The translations under genes were made by a program, and so were the position numbers. DNA of 20,000 bases. Origin: an uncultured virus (IMG/VR IMGVR_UViG_3300044608_000562) (lineage: Duplodnaviria > Heunggongvirae > Uroviricota > Caudoviricetes). The notes under the pieces were generated by a model, which was given only the letters and a program-made list of their open reading frames with translations, was not told the origin of the DNA and made no database searches. The stretch is taken from the IMG/VR virus record IMGVR_UViG_3300044608_000562; one strand, 5' to 3'. Of the stretch, positions 8,305-15,625 are shown piece after piece (the first letter of the stretch is position 1; every line of letters begins with the position of its first letter).

Positions 8305-9414
8305 TCACGCTACGTTCATACTGTTCAGAATGAACATAGGCGATGTCGCTTGGGACTCCTTGCGACACGCTGCACCGATCTCAGGCCAGAACTTTTTATC
8401 TCTCATGTCATCGTCGGTCGGCACAAGGTTGTCGCAGCCGATGTGTGCCTTGAGCATGACGAGTTGTATTTCTAATTCTTTCCGCAAGTCGCTCGGCAAA
8501 TCTTGCAGGCTCTTGTACCACCGCAACGGCATAGAGAACCCTACCTCTGGCATGTACGCGAAATTGGTTGCGTAGGGCAGATTCGACCCGTCACGGTACA
8601 TATCAAGTGCAGCGGAAATCGGCACGGTGTTGGTCTTGCCCACGATCACGCCGCCACGTATCTGCGGAAAGAAAACGATCTTCTCGCCTTCAAGCATGGA
8701 TCGCACCGTGGCAAGTGCGCTATCAAACTTCTCATCAGACTGCTTCATCGTGGTGTAGAGCGATCTGATCTTGTCCATCATGTTGAACGGGATGCTGCTC
8801 TTGTCGGCGTCACCCATGAACACCTTCAGCAGTGACTGAGAATACTCACGTGGGATGGTGACAGTCGGGCGACCGCTTAGACTACTGCCGTATGTATTAT
8901 CCATAGCGTTATCAAGAATGCTACGCACGTGATCGCTCAGTGCTTGCTCAACAGTCAACACTGCACTGCATATTGAATGATGAACATCATGGCGACCCTT
9001 CGCCATTTTTTGCACGGCATAACGCTGCGTGTTGGTGCATAACTTCTCACCACCAAACCCGTACCTGTTGGTATCACGGAAGTTGTTATTAACGGCTTGA
9101 ATGGTGAACGCAGTCTCGTCGTCACTACGCTCGTCTTTCGGTCGCGGGTCGTACTTGATGTTTGCAACACTGAAACCATGCACGGTAGTCAGCGTCATGT
9201 AGTGCTGCATATCAAGTTCGCTCCCCCAACTGTGAGTGAGCGGAGCAATAAAGTCTGCGACCCTGACACGACCCTCGGTCGCGCCGTAGATAGCGACAGC
9301 AATAGGCCATGTCGGAGAACGCACTGCTTCTTTCCGCAGTTTATCGTCATCCATCTTCGTGTTCGGCAGGAACATCTCGTCGATGTTCACCTTGATTGAA
9401 TTTCGCTTAGCCAT
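8305..9414 (-). CDS. Hypothetical protein (about 369 aa)
   Basis: Long ORF; likely start ATG 9414 (MAKRNS) with GGAGG RBS; directly downstream of the vWA gene. Confidence 0.75.
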   Translation of the reverse strand: MAKRNSIKVNIDEMFLPNTKMDDDKLRKEAVRSPTWPIAVAIYGATEGRVRVADFIAPLTHSWGSELDMQHYMTLTTVHGFSVANIKYDPRPKDERSDDETAFTIQAVNNNFRDTNRYGFGGEKLCTNTQRYAVQKMAKGRHDVHHSICSAVLTVEQALSDHVRSILDNAMDNTYGSSLSGRPTVTIPREYSQSLLKVFMGDADKSSIPFNMMDKIRSLYTTMKQSDEKFDSALATVRSMLEGEKIVFFPQIRGGVIVGKTNTVPISAALDMYRDGSNLPYATNFAYMPEVGFSMPLRWYKSLQDLPSDLRKELEIQLVMLKAHIGCDNLVPTDDDMRDKKFWPEIGAACRKESQATSPMFILNSMNVA

Positions 9415-9426
9415 GACAACCTCCAA

Positions 9427-10704
9427 TTAGTTTTCAATAACAATCTTGCGACCAACGGGCGGCTCAAAGTCCCTGTTGTGACTCGGCGGCAGCAGCCACA
9501 ACACTGGGCAGTTCAACTCCCATTCGATGTTGTTCTCTACGTAGCCATCCGTGAACACGATCAGGAACTGTGGATCGACGTTGTTCTTCGTGATGTAGTC
9601 ACTGACGCAAGACACCCTAGTACCGCCACCGCCCAACGGCTTCAGCAGCGTAGCGATGCCATCGTAGTTACCTTCAAACACCTGCTCACCATGCACCATC
9701 GTGTCCCACCACAACACGCGCATACGCTCTGGTCTGCACGTTTCACAGATGGACGCGATCTCGCCACCGACCATGTTCAGCAGCGAGTCTCCGATGCTGC
9801 CCGATGTATCGTTAGCGATGACGCCTTCGTAAATCGTCTCGGACTCCACGTGTGGCAGGAACAAATCATCAGTGAGGCGGCGTCGATTAAGTTTCGCCCA
9901 AGTCAACTCGTCTCGTCCTGCCGTGGCTGCGCTTACAAACTCGCGCAGTTCCTCACGCCAGTCCACCTTGGGAGCCAACACCTCAGTGATAGCGCGGGGA
10001 GTCTTCACGCCAAACCGACCTGCGATAATAGAACCTTGACTGATAGCCTCGTCGATCTCTTTGGACAACTGATCAGCGGCTTCACCATCCATCGTCTCAG
10101 TCGATTCGATGTCATGCTCGTCGAGCGGCTGCATGTCGCTGACACTGTCAGAGTCGGAAGTATTATTAGCGTTGCCGCCACTCTGACCTTGCTGGCCGGA
10201 ACCCCCTCCGTTGCCTTGCTGTTTCTGCTCCTGCTCCATGCGCTTAACCAAGTCATCCCATACTTGGCGCACAGACCAACCGTGATACTTGGGATCGTAT
10301 AAGCCACCCTTCGGTAACTTCACCAACTCGGGTGCTTTCTGACTGATCTCCACGATGATGGCGTTGATCACAAAGTCCATCGCCACGTTGGCAAGGCGCG
10401 GGTTCTGCTTGATCAAATCCCTGTGGCGTGGAATATGCTTCAGCATCACGTGCCCGTTCTCGTGCAGCACCAACCCACCCAACTCGGCAAGACTCAACTT
10501 TTCGATAAAGTCTTTCCCATAGCGTTTGTTTAGACCATCTGTGTACGCTGTCGGAATTCCGACATCGACACTTGATTCACCCATCATGAGAATGCCCGAA
10601 AACAAACAAGTCTCAGGGTGCTTCATCAGTCTGATATGCACCTTCTTCAACTTCATTGTCGCCTCGTGCGTACTCACGGGGATTGTTTCTGCTACTGCGT
10701 TCAT
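9427..10704 (-). CDS. DUF2201-type putative metallopeptidase + vWA domain protein
   Basis: IPTAYTDG, HExxH (LHENGH), NVAMDFVIN, Q/G/S-rich linker, MIDAS DTSGS, GGGGT, IVFTDG; GGAGG RBS. Confidence 0.9.
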   Translation of the reverse strand: MNAVAETIPVSTHEATMKLKKVHIRLMKHPETCLFSGILMMGESSVDVGIPTAYTDGLNKRYGKDFIEKLSLAELGGLVLHENGHVMLKHIPRHRDLIKQNPRLANVAMDFVINAIIVEISQKAPELVKLPKGGLYDPKYHGWSVRQVWDDLVKRMEQEQKQQGNGGGSGQQGQSGGNANNTSDSDSVSDMQPLDEHDIESTETMDGEAADQLSKEIDEAISQGSIIAGRFGVKTPRAITEVLAPKVDWREELREFVSAATAGRDELTWAKLNRRRLTDDLFLPHVESETIYEGVIANDTSGSIGDSLLNMVGGEIASICETCRPERMRVLWWDTMVHGEQVFEGNYDGIATLLKPLGGGGTRVSCVSDYITKNNVDPQFLIVFTDGYVENNIEWELNCPVLWLLPPSHNRDFEPPVGRKIVIEN

Positions 10705-10730
10705 ACAGCCTCCATTGTTAGTTGTTCAAA

Positions 10731-11819
10731 TCAAGTCAGCAGTTGGTAGTTGCCGTCTTGCAGCCACTTAGAAATCTCAGCGTTCTTGGATGCAATAGGC
10801 GAGAGCCGCTTGCTGCCCATCGCCATCGTGAAGAAGACTGACTGCAACTCCTCAGACTTCGTTCGTCGCATGAACTTCATGAACTTGCTCAAATCGTCCT
10901 GCGTCTGGATAACGTCGATGGCGTTGAACATCATCATAAAGAGCGCGGCCTGTTTCTCTGGCACTCTGACATTGTCAGGGTCTTTGATAACATCCTCTGC
11001 CAACACCACCTCGTCCTTCAGCGCCAACACCGCAGCCAACTGTTTCGCACTCGGTACGCCAATCGAACCTGCGAGTGCCGCCATCGTCAGCGAATGGCCT
11101 AACCTGCCACGGTTCACGATGTCGGGGTCGCAGTTAGCGAGTGATCGCGGGGAGCAAAACTGTTTAGTCCGATGCACGGGGATAAACACATGCTCGTTGT
11201 CCTGTGGAGTAATTCCATCCAAGTAACTCGCCATGACTGACGGCGTCATCTTGACGAACGCTCTCAACTCCATAGACAACCCTGCGTTAGTCGCCCACAC
11301 CAACCACTCGTCCACGGTCGGCTTGCGAATGTTCAGCGTTGTGACACGGTTCGATGCGTGCGCTAACAGCGCGTTGCCAACACCATCTGTTGCAAGATTA
11401 CCTGTCGCGAACACGATAGAGTCTGGATGCAGCACAAAGTCCATCCACACCTTGTCTAGCGTGAGCCGTGCGCCAAGTTTCTGTAGCATCTTGTCGCCCT
11501 TGTCGTACTCGTCGATCATGATCAACTTGGGCTTGTTAGACTTCGGCTTGAGCAGCGACGATATGTATACTTCCAACTCGCCAGTGTCACGGTTCGGCGC
11601 ACGTAGACCCAACTCACCGTAGTCGATGCACGACCAATCAAGGTACACGTGGTCATAAGCATCACCCAATGCTTCAACCAACATCTTGTAGAGCGTCGAT
11701 TTACCAATCCCCGGCTCACCTTGGAAGTAGTAAGTCTTGCTCTTGCCATTCACCAACAACAACTTGAACGCCTCGGGGATACTGATGGCGTTGTTAAAGT
11801 TAAGAGTTTCTCGTTTCAT
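10731..11819 (-). CDS. MoxR/dynein-related AAA+ ATPase
   Basis: Walker A GEPGIGKS, Walker B IMIDE, ATGN sensor 1, SNR arginine finger, SPRS sensor 2; start ATG 11819 with GGAGG upstream. Confidence 0.9.
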   Translation of the reverse strand: MKRETLNFNNAISIPEAFKLLLVNGKSKTYYFQGEPGIGKSTLYKMLVEALGDAYDHVYLDWSCIDYGELGLRAPNRDTGELEVYISSLLKPKSNKPKLIMIDEYDKGDKMLQKLGARLTLDKVWMDFVLHPDSIVFATGNLATDGVGNALLAHASNRVTTLNIRKPTVDEWLVWATNAGLSMELRAFVKMTPSVMASYLDGITPQDNEHVFIPVHRTKQFCSPRSLANCDPDIVNRGRLGHSLTMAALAGSIGVPSAKQLAAVLALKDEVVLAEDVIKDPDNVRVPEKQAALFMMMFNAIDVIQTQDDLSKFMKFMRRTKSEELQSVFFTMAMGSKRLSPIASKNAEISKWLQDGNYQLLT

Positions 11820-11862
11820 GACTGATATAGCCTCCGATTGATTACGTACAAATCTGACAGTG

Positions 11863-12774
11863 TCAGAAACCAAACTTCTTCAGGATGTCATCGACGCTCT
11901 CCTTGACAACAACACGCTTGGTGTCATTGTTGCGTAGAGTTTCAATGTCCAACCCAGACACCACTCGTTCGAGTTCGGCACGTGCCTCCTCCAAGCGACC
12001 GTCCTGTGTGACGTTGAAGTCTTTGAAGGTCTCGCACATCTCTTGTGCCCGCTGCAGCGTGGTGTCGTACAACTTGCGCTTCTTGACTTTCATCTGACCG
12101 TCTTCGATCACGGTCTCGGTGTCGCAGCAGTGTGAGAGCGACTTCATTACATCAACCATCTGCTCAACCTGCTTCTGGTAGATGTCCTGCACCAAATCCT
12201 TGGCTTGCCGCTCGTAGTGTTGCGCCAAGTCATTGGCTAGGTCGTTGCTTATCTGACAACGGAAGTCACCGACTGGGACTTCTGCCGTAAAAACTTTCAC
12301 CTTGAAGCACGACATCACCTCGTCCACAGGTGGGTAGTCCGTAGCCTTGAACATGTCACCTTGAACAAACGCCTCGTTAGACACGGCAGTGGTGTAGACC
12401 TGCCGAAACTTGTCCTTGAGTTCTTCAGTCTTGGCTTGACGCTCCTCGACCTGCTTCATGAACCCGACGATGCGCGGCGTGGGCAGGAACCGCCACCGAC
12501 CCGACCATGGGTAAGTTTCACGCTCGACAAAGTTGTACCAAGTCTGCCGGTCGTTCAGCACGGCACGATGCTCGTGGACACCTGCAAGAAGTTTCTTAAC
12601 GAAACGCCCTGCGTCCCTGTCGGCCTTCTTCGCCGTGGTGACTTCGTCGCTGATCTCGCGATCCTGCTTCGTGCCAGTCCACACGCTGACCTCGACGTTG
12701 ACCAAGATGCCCGATGTAGCAAGCGAAACTACGTGGTCGGGCTTTTTCAGTAATGAGTTCGTTTGAGATTCCAT
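11863..12774 (-). CDS. DUF3150-like protein
   Basis: LVNVEVSVWTGTKQD..GRFVKKLL..W..RFLP..DYPPVDEV pattern resembles the family usually found beside phage MoxR/vWA genes; AGGAGG RBS. Confidence 0.65.
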   Translation of the reverse strand: MESQTNSLLKKPDHVVSLATSGILVNVEVSVWTGTKQDREISDEVTTAKKADRDAGRFVKKLLAGVHEHRAVLNDRQTWYNFVERETYPWSGRWRFLPTPRIVGFMKQVEERQAKTEELKDKFRQVYTTAVSNEAFVQGDMFKATDYPPVDEVMSCFKVKVFTAEVPVGDFRCQISNDLANDLAQHYERQAKDLVQDIYQKQVEQMVDVMKSLSHCCDTETVIEDGQMKVKKRKLYDTTLQRAQEMCETFKDFNVTQDGRLEEARAELERVVSGLDIETLRNNDTKRVVVKESVDDILKKFGF

Positions 12775-12877
12775 TTGCTCAGCCTCCTGACTCTGTCAGA
12801 GTCGTAAGTATTTACAGTTCACTAGAGTCGGGCGGTGTGCAGTCCCGCCCCGTTTGTCACTACCACATGACAAGAAT

Positions 12878-12906
12878 AGTATAACACAACTTAACAATTA
12901 AATCCA
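12878..12906 (-). promoter_or_regulatory. Sigma70-type promoter for the DUF3150/AAA/vWA operon
   Basis: Minus strand TGGATT-17 nt-TATACT with extended -10 TG; very similar to the promoter at 14517-14545. Confidence 0.65.
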
Positions 12907-12924
12907 GAACAAACACTATCGGCG

Positions 12925-13410
12925 TTACGCATAATTCGCTTTTAGGTACGGTCGCCCGTTGGGCGATATCTCGCCACGCTCCATGTCGCGCTGATAATTC
13001 AGATAGTCGATGACCAACTCTGGCGCACGGGGATCATGTCCACCGATGTTCCACTGGGTGATGTCCTCGACCGTCTGGTCGTACTTTTTCCAGTCGTAGA
13101 TGGTCGCGATCACGCGGTCGGTGTAGCCATCGTCCTGTGGAACTTCAAAAACCAACACCCACTCAGCCTGTGTCTTGCAGCCATCCCCTTCCAGTGGCTC
13201 ACCGAACGCAGCGACCAACTCACTGTAGTCGGCACGGACGTAGCCCTGTAGGCTCGTGCCATTGGCATCCGTAAAGATGTCTTGCGGATAGACTTTCATA
13301 CGCTCAACCTCCTGCCGTATCTTGGCTAGTTCAAGTTCTAACTGTTGAATCTCGTCTTCTTGACGCTTGTGGTCGGCCCACCAATCGTCCATGTCGTTTT
13401 GCAGAGTCAT
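12925..13410 (-). CDS. Hypothetical early protein (N-terminal coiled coil + conserved phage domain)
   Basis: GTSLQGY..YSELVAAFGEP..EW..ATIYDWK..WNIGG resembles a common uncharacterised phage family; GAGG RBS; ATGA overlap. Confidence 0.75.
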   Translation of the reverse strand: MTLQNDMDDWWADHKRQEDEIQQLELELAKIRQEVERMKVYPQDIFTDANGTSLQGYVRADYSELVAAFGEPLEGDGCKTQAEWVLVFEVPQDDGYTDRVIATIYDWKKYDQTVEDITQWNIGGHDPRAPELVIDYLNYQRDMERGEISPNGRPYLKANYA

Positions 13411-13637
13411 CGCTGCACCTCATTAAAAATGTCCAAGGCCACATACGTCCGAACGTCACTGTCTGAACGAATGAACTCCTTGTCTGAAGCCCGTAGCATA
13501 GTGTCGATGTTGGCAACTTCCCTATCGCCGTGTGCAGTCACCACGTAGTCGAGTCTGGTCAGAAAATGCACCTCCTCAGTCAGCCCGTGGATGGTGGCGT
13601 AATCCGACCTCATCTCTCCGACATAAAACTTAACCAT
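13407..13637 (-). CDS. Hypothetical early protein (76 aa)
   Basis: AGGAGG RBS; ATGA overlap with the next gene. Confidence 0.7.
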   Translation of the reverse strand: MVKFYVGEMRSDYATIHGLTEEVHFLTRLDYVVTAHGDREVANIDTMLRASDKEFIRSDSDVRTYVALDIFNEVQR

Positions 13638-13656
13638 GAGACACCTCCTGACAATG

Positions 13657-13767
13657 TCAGATAAAAAAGTAATAAATGATGCTGCCAGTCATGGCTGCCG
13701 CGAACCCGTGGCAGAATGCAGAGAAATACATTCTCCACATGAACAGCATCGCTTCTTGCTCACTCAT
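13657..13767 (-). CDS. Small hydrophobic, putative membrane peptide (36 aa), MSEQEAMLFMWRMYFSAFCHGFAAAMTGSIIYYFFI
   Basis: Below the ORF-track cutoff; AGGAGG RBS; overlaps the upstream stop; its TGA lies inside a CTGACAnTGTCAG palindrome. Confidence 0.6.
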   Translation of the reverse strand: MSEQEAMLFMWRMYFSAFCHGFAAAMTGSIIYYFFI

Positions 13768-13960
13768 TGGCGTTGCCCTCCTTCTGGAATCCGTATTCCA
13801 CCTTCAATACAGTCTCTACCTCACGCCGAATCCAATCCTCAGACTCAGCGGCGTTGGAATGTAGACGGAACAACACGCGCTCCAAGTCTGTGACCCGTTG
13901 CTGCAATTCCAACTCCCGAATCTGACGCTTCAACTCGTCAACCTTGTCAAAAATGTTCAC
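13760..13960 (-). CDS. Small coiled-coil hypothetical protein (66 aa)
   Basis: Start re-called at GTG 13960 (MNIFDKVDELKRQ) with GAGGAGG RBS, 1 nt after the upstream stop. Confidence 0.65.
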   Translation of the reverse strand: MNIFDKVDELKRQIRELELQQRVTDLERVLFRLHSNAAESEDWIRREVETVLKVEYGFQKEGNANE

Positions 13961-13961
13961 C

Positions 13962-14198
13962 TCACACCTCCTCGCCAACGGCGTTGACCAACGGACGGCT
14001 AACGATCTCAAACACCTCGTCCTCGTCGGTGTCCTCGCTGATATCCTCGTCCTCACGCATCTGCGCGACCAAGTCATCGCGATACTGCTGCGCGTCCTCC
14101 ATGTTGCGGAACACTGCCTCTATGGGGTAATCAGCGTCATACCCATAGCCCTCGTCGCTTACACGCAACAACACATAAACATAATTAACCACGCTCAT
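13962..14198 (-). CDS. Small highly acidic early protein (78 aa)
   Basis: GGAGG RBS, ATGA overlap; 22 Asp/Glu, 5 Arg, 0 Lys. Confidence 0.7.
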   Translation of the reverse strand: MSVVNYVYVLLRVSDEGYGYDADYPIEAVFRNMEDAQQYRDDLVAQMREDEDISEDTDEDEVFEIVSRPLVNAVGEEV

Positions 14199-14416
14199 CG
14201 GTAAAACCCTCCCTTGTTGTTGATGCCTCTGACCTCGTCAGCGTTAGCAGGAACGATGTAGTTCGACTTGTGCAACGGCACGATGGTGTGCTTGCGCTTG
14301 CGTGCCTCGCGCTCCCCGCAGGGTAGGCAGGTAATGAATCCCGCCATGCTACGGGCATGCGGTACGCGCTTCGCCCAACACTTCGTGCATAACTTTTCCA
14401 TACCATTCTGTGACAT
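14195..14416 (-). CDS. DksA/TraR-like C4 zinc-finger protein (73 aa)
   Basis: CTKC..RVPHAR......TCLPC resembles the CxxC..IPxxR..CxxC DksA/TraR finger; GGAGG RBS; first gene after the promoter at 14517-14545. Confidence 0.6.
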   Translation of the reverse strand: MSQNGMEKLCTKCWAKRVPHARSMAGFITCLPCGEREARKRKHTIVPLHKSNYIVPANADEVRGINNKGGFYR

Positions 14417-14516
14417 ATGCTGTGTCGCCTCCGTTTCCTATGTTGTTGGTTCATGTTCTGACAGTGTCAGAGTCATGAGTATTTCCGGCCCGTCTCGCTC
14501 TCTCCATTCTATACAT

Positions 14517-14545
14517 AGTATAACAAAACTTGACAACTTAATCAA
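14517..14545 (-). promoter_or_regulatory. Sigma70-type early promoter
   Basis: Minus strand TTGATT-17 nt-TATACT with extended -10 TG, upstream of the small-gene cluster. Confidence 0.75.
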
Positions 14546-14850
14546 GTGGATGAGGCAACGGCGATGGGCTTGCCGAGTGAAAAGATTTTGGAATTTAGTG
14601 GTCACTCTGGCCGCACGTGTCAGCGTGGTATGTGCGTTGTTTAGGTGATGTTGAAATTAAGTGTGTGCCTGAACACACCGGTAATTGTGTCGGCGTGGTA
14701 ATCCGATTGCGTTAGCGATGAAAACCCTGTGGGTAAGTTGTTAGTTGTGGCATTGTTCCGCAAAAGTGTTCCGATGTTCCAGCGTGTTCCACAAAAAAAA
14801 GTTGTACTATTCTTCACGGGTGCGACGTTCCGTAGTGTAAGCGAGTGTAG

Positions 14851-14863
14851 TAAGTTATTGATT
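14851..14863 (-). promoter_or_regulatory. IHF consensus site
   Basis: Reverse complement AATCAATAACTTA matches WATCAANNNNTTR. Confidence 0.55.
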
Positions 14864-15074
14864 ATTAAGAAGAAGAAAGAAGAAGAAGTTATATTATGGA
14901 ACAGAAAATAGTATAAGTGTTCCATGTTCCACAGTTTTGGGAATAGGGGATACGGATTGCCGAAAAAATTTTATTTACAGATTTGCGGCGTGCCATGAAC
15001 GGTGTCCAACTTTGTCCCCTTAGCCCCTCTTGGAAAACGTGGAACATTGGAACAAACCGTGTTTTTGTTTTATT

Positions 15075-15087
15075 TATCAAAGGCTTG
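15075..15087 (+). promoter_or_regulatory. IHF consensus site
   Basis: TATCAAAGGCTTG matches WATCAANNNNTTR; inverted relative to the 14851 site. Confidence 0.55.
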
Positions 15088-15211
15088 CGTGTTCCACGAC
15101 TCTGGAACACGTGTGGAACAGATACGGAACAGTCTGACACTGTCAGAGCGTTGACTTTCAAAAAGTTATGTGTTAGCCTTGGGCATACCAAGGCGGTTGG
15201 TAAAAAATTAG

Positions 15212-15264
15212 GCTTTCGCCTTCGCCATACGCTTTCACCTTGCCCTTCGGCTTTACCCTTTTCC
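15212..15264. repeat. Three tandem degenerate repeats GCTTTnnCCTTnnCC with exact 19-nt period
   Basis: Units start at 15212, 15231, 15250. Confidence 0.7.
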
Positions 15265-15268
15265 CTAG

Positions 15269-15320
15269 GAACTGGTTTCTAAGAACTGGTATCCAATAGA
15301 ACTGGCTTCGTAGGAACTGG
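15269..15320. repeat. Four direct repeats of GAACTGG, period 14-16 nt
   Basis: Units start at 15269, 15283, 15299, 15314. Confidence 0.8.
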
Positions 15321-15352
15321 CCTCACGGCGTGAACCGAGGTCGTTTAGGCAC

Positions 15353-15386
15353 AAAAAAGCCCCGACAAGGCGAACCCTGTCGGGGC
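15353..15386 (-). terminator. Rho-independent terminator
   Basis: Minus strand GCCCCGACAGGG-TTCG-CCTTGTCGGGGC-TTTTTT, right after the stop of ORF 15392-15562. Confidence 0.88.
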
Positions 15387-15391
15387 GTGGT

Positions 15392-15562
15392 TCAGAATCT
15401 GAACTCGTGTTGCTTTGGTCGGTTCTCGTAGCGGAACTCTAATCGGTACGGAACCTTGTTTCGGATTAGAACGCCAATCCAGTAAACCGCCTGTCGTGTC
15501 GAATCGAATTCCCGAACGTCCGTGCCGAGCATTGATTCTGACGTTACTGTGTAGACAATCAT
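15392..15562 (-). CDS. Small hypothetical protein (56 aa), MIVYTVTSESMLGTDVREFDSTRQAVYWIGVLIRNKVPYRLEFRYENRPKQHEFRF
   Basis: Below the ORF-track cutoff; GAGGT RBS at 15571-15575; stop immediately followed by a terminator. Confidence 0.6.
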   Translation of the reverse strand: MIVYTVTSESMLGTDVREFDSTRQAVYWIGVLIRNKVPYRLEFRYENRPKQHEFRF

Positions 15563-15593
15563 AGCGTGATACCTCGCTGACAGTGTCAGAGCA

Positions 15594-15613
15594 GGGGCGG
15601 CTCTCGCCGCCCC
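15594..15613. other. GC-rich intergenic hairpin without U-tract
   Basis: GGGGCGG-CTCTCG-CCGCCCC between the stop of 15626-16306 and the palindrome at 15577. Confidence 0.5.
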
Positions 15614-15625
15614 GCCCCGTGTGGA

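Larger units (their letters stand above)
14754..15131. repeat. Origin-like region: 13 TGTTCC/GGAACA hexamers in mirror-symmetric arrangement with AT-rich segments
   Basis: TGTTCC at 14754, 14767, 14775, 14785, 14918, 14925, 15090; GGAACA at 14898, 15041, 15049, 15104, 15115, 15126. Confidence 0.8.

Noticed and set aside
592..14204. Many + strand ORFs (e.g. 592-1083, 4110-4634, 9478-10302, 10750-11226)
   Set aside because: Antisense shadows of well-supported - strand genes; no recognisable motifs.
14754..15131. Canonical chromosomal parS (TGTTTCACGTGAAACA)
   Set aside because: TGTTCCAC half-site resemblance exists, but no complete 16-bp parS palindrome is present.
14268..15282. ORFs across the iteron region (14268-14648, 14641-14925, 14729-14911, 14889-15191, 14983-15282)
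   Set aside because: Translations merely reflect the DNA repeats (VPMFQ, WNT, poly-K/E/F); no convincing RBS; the region is better explained as non-coding.
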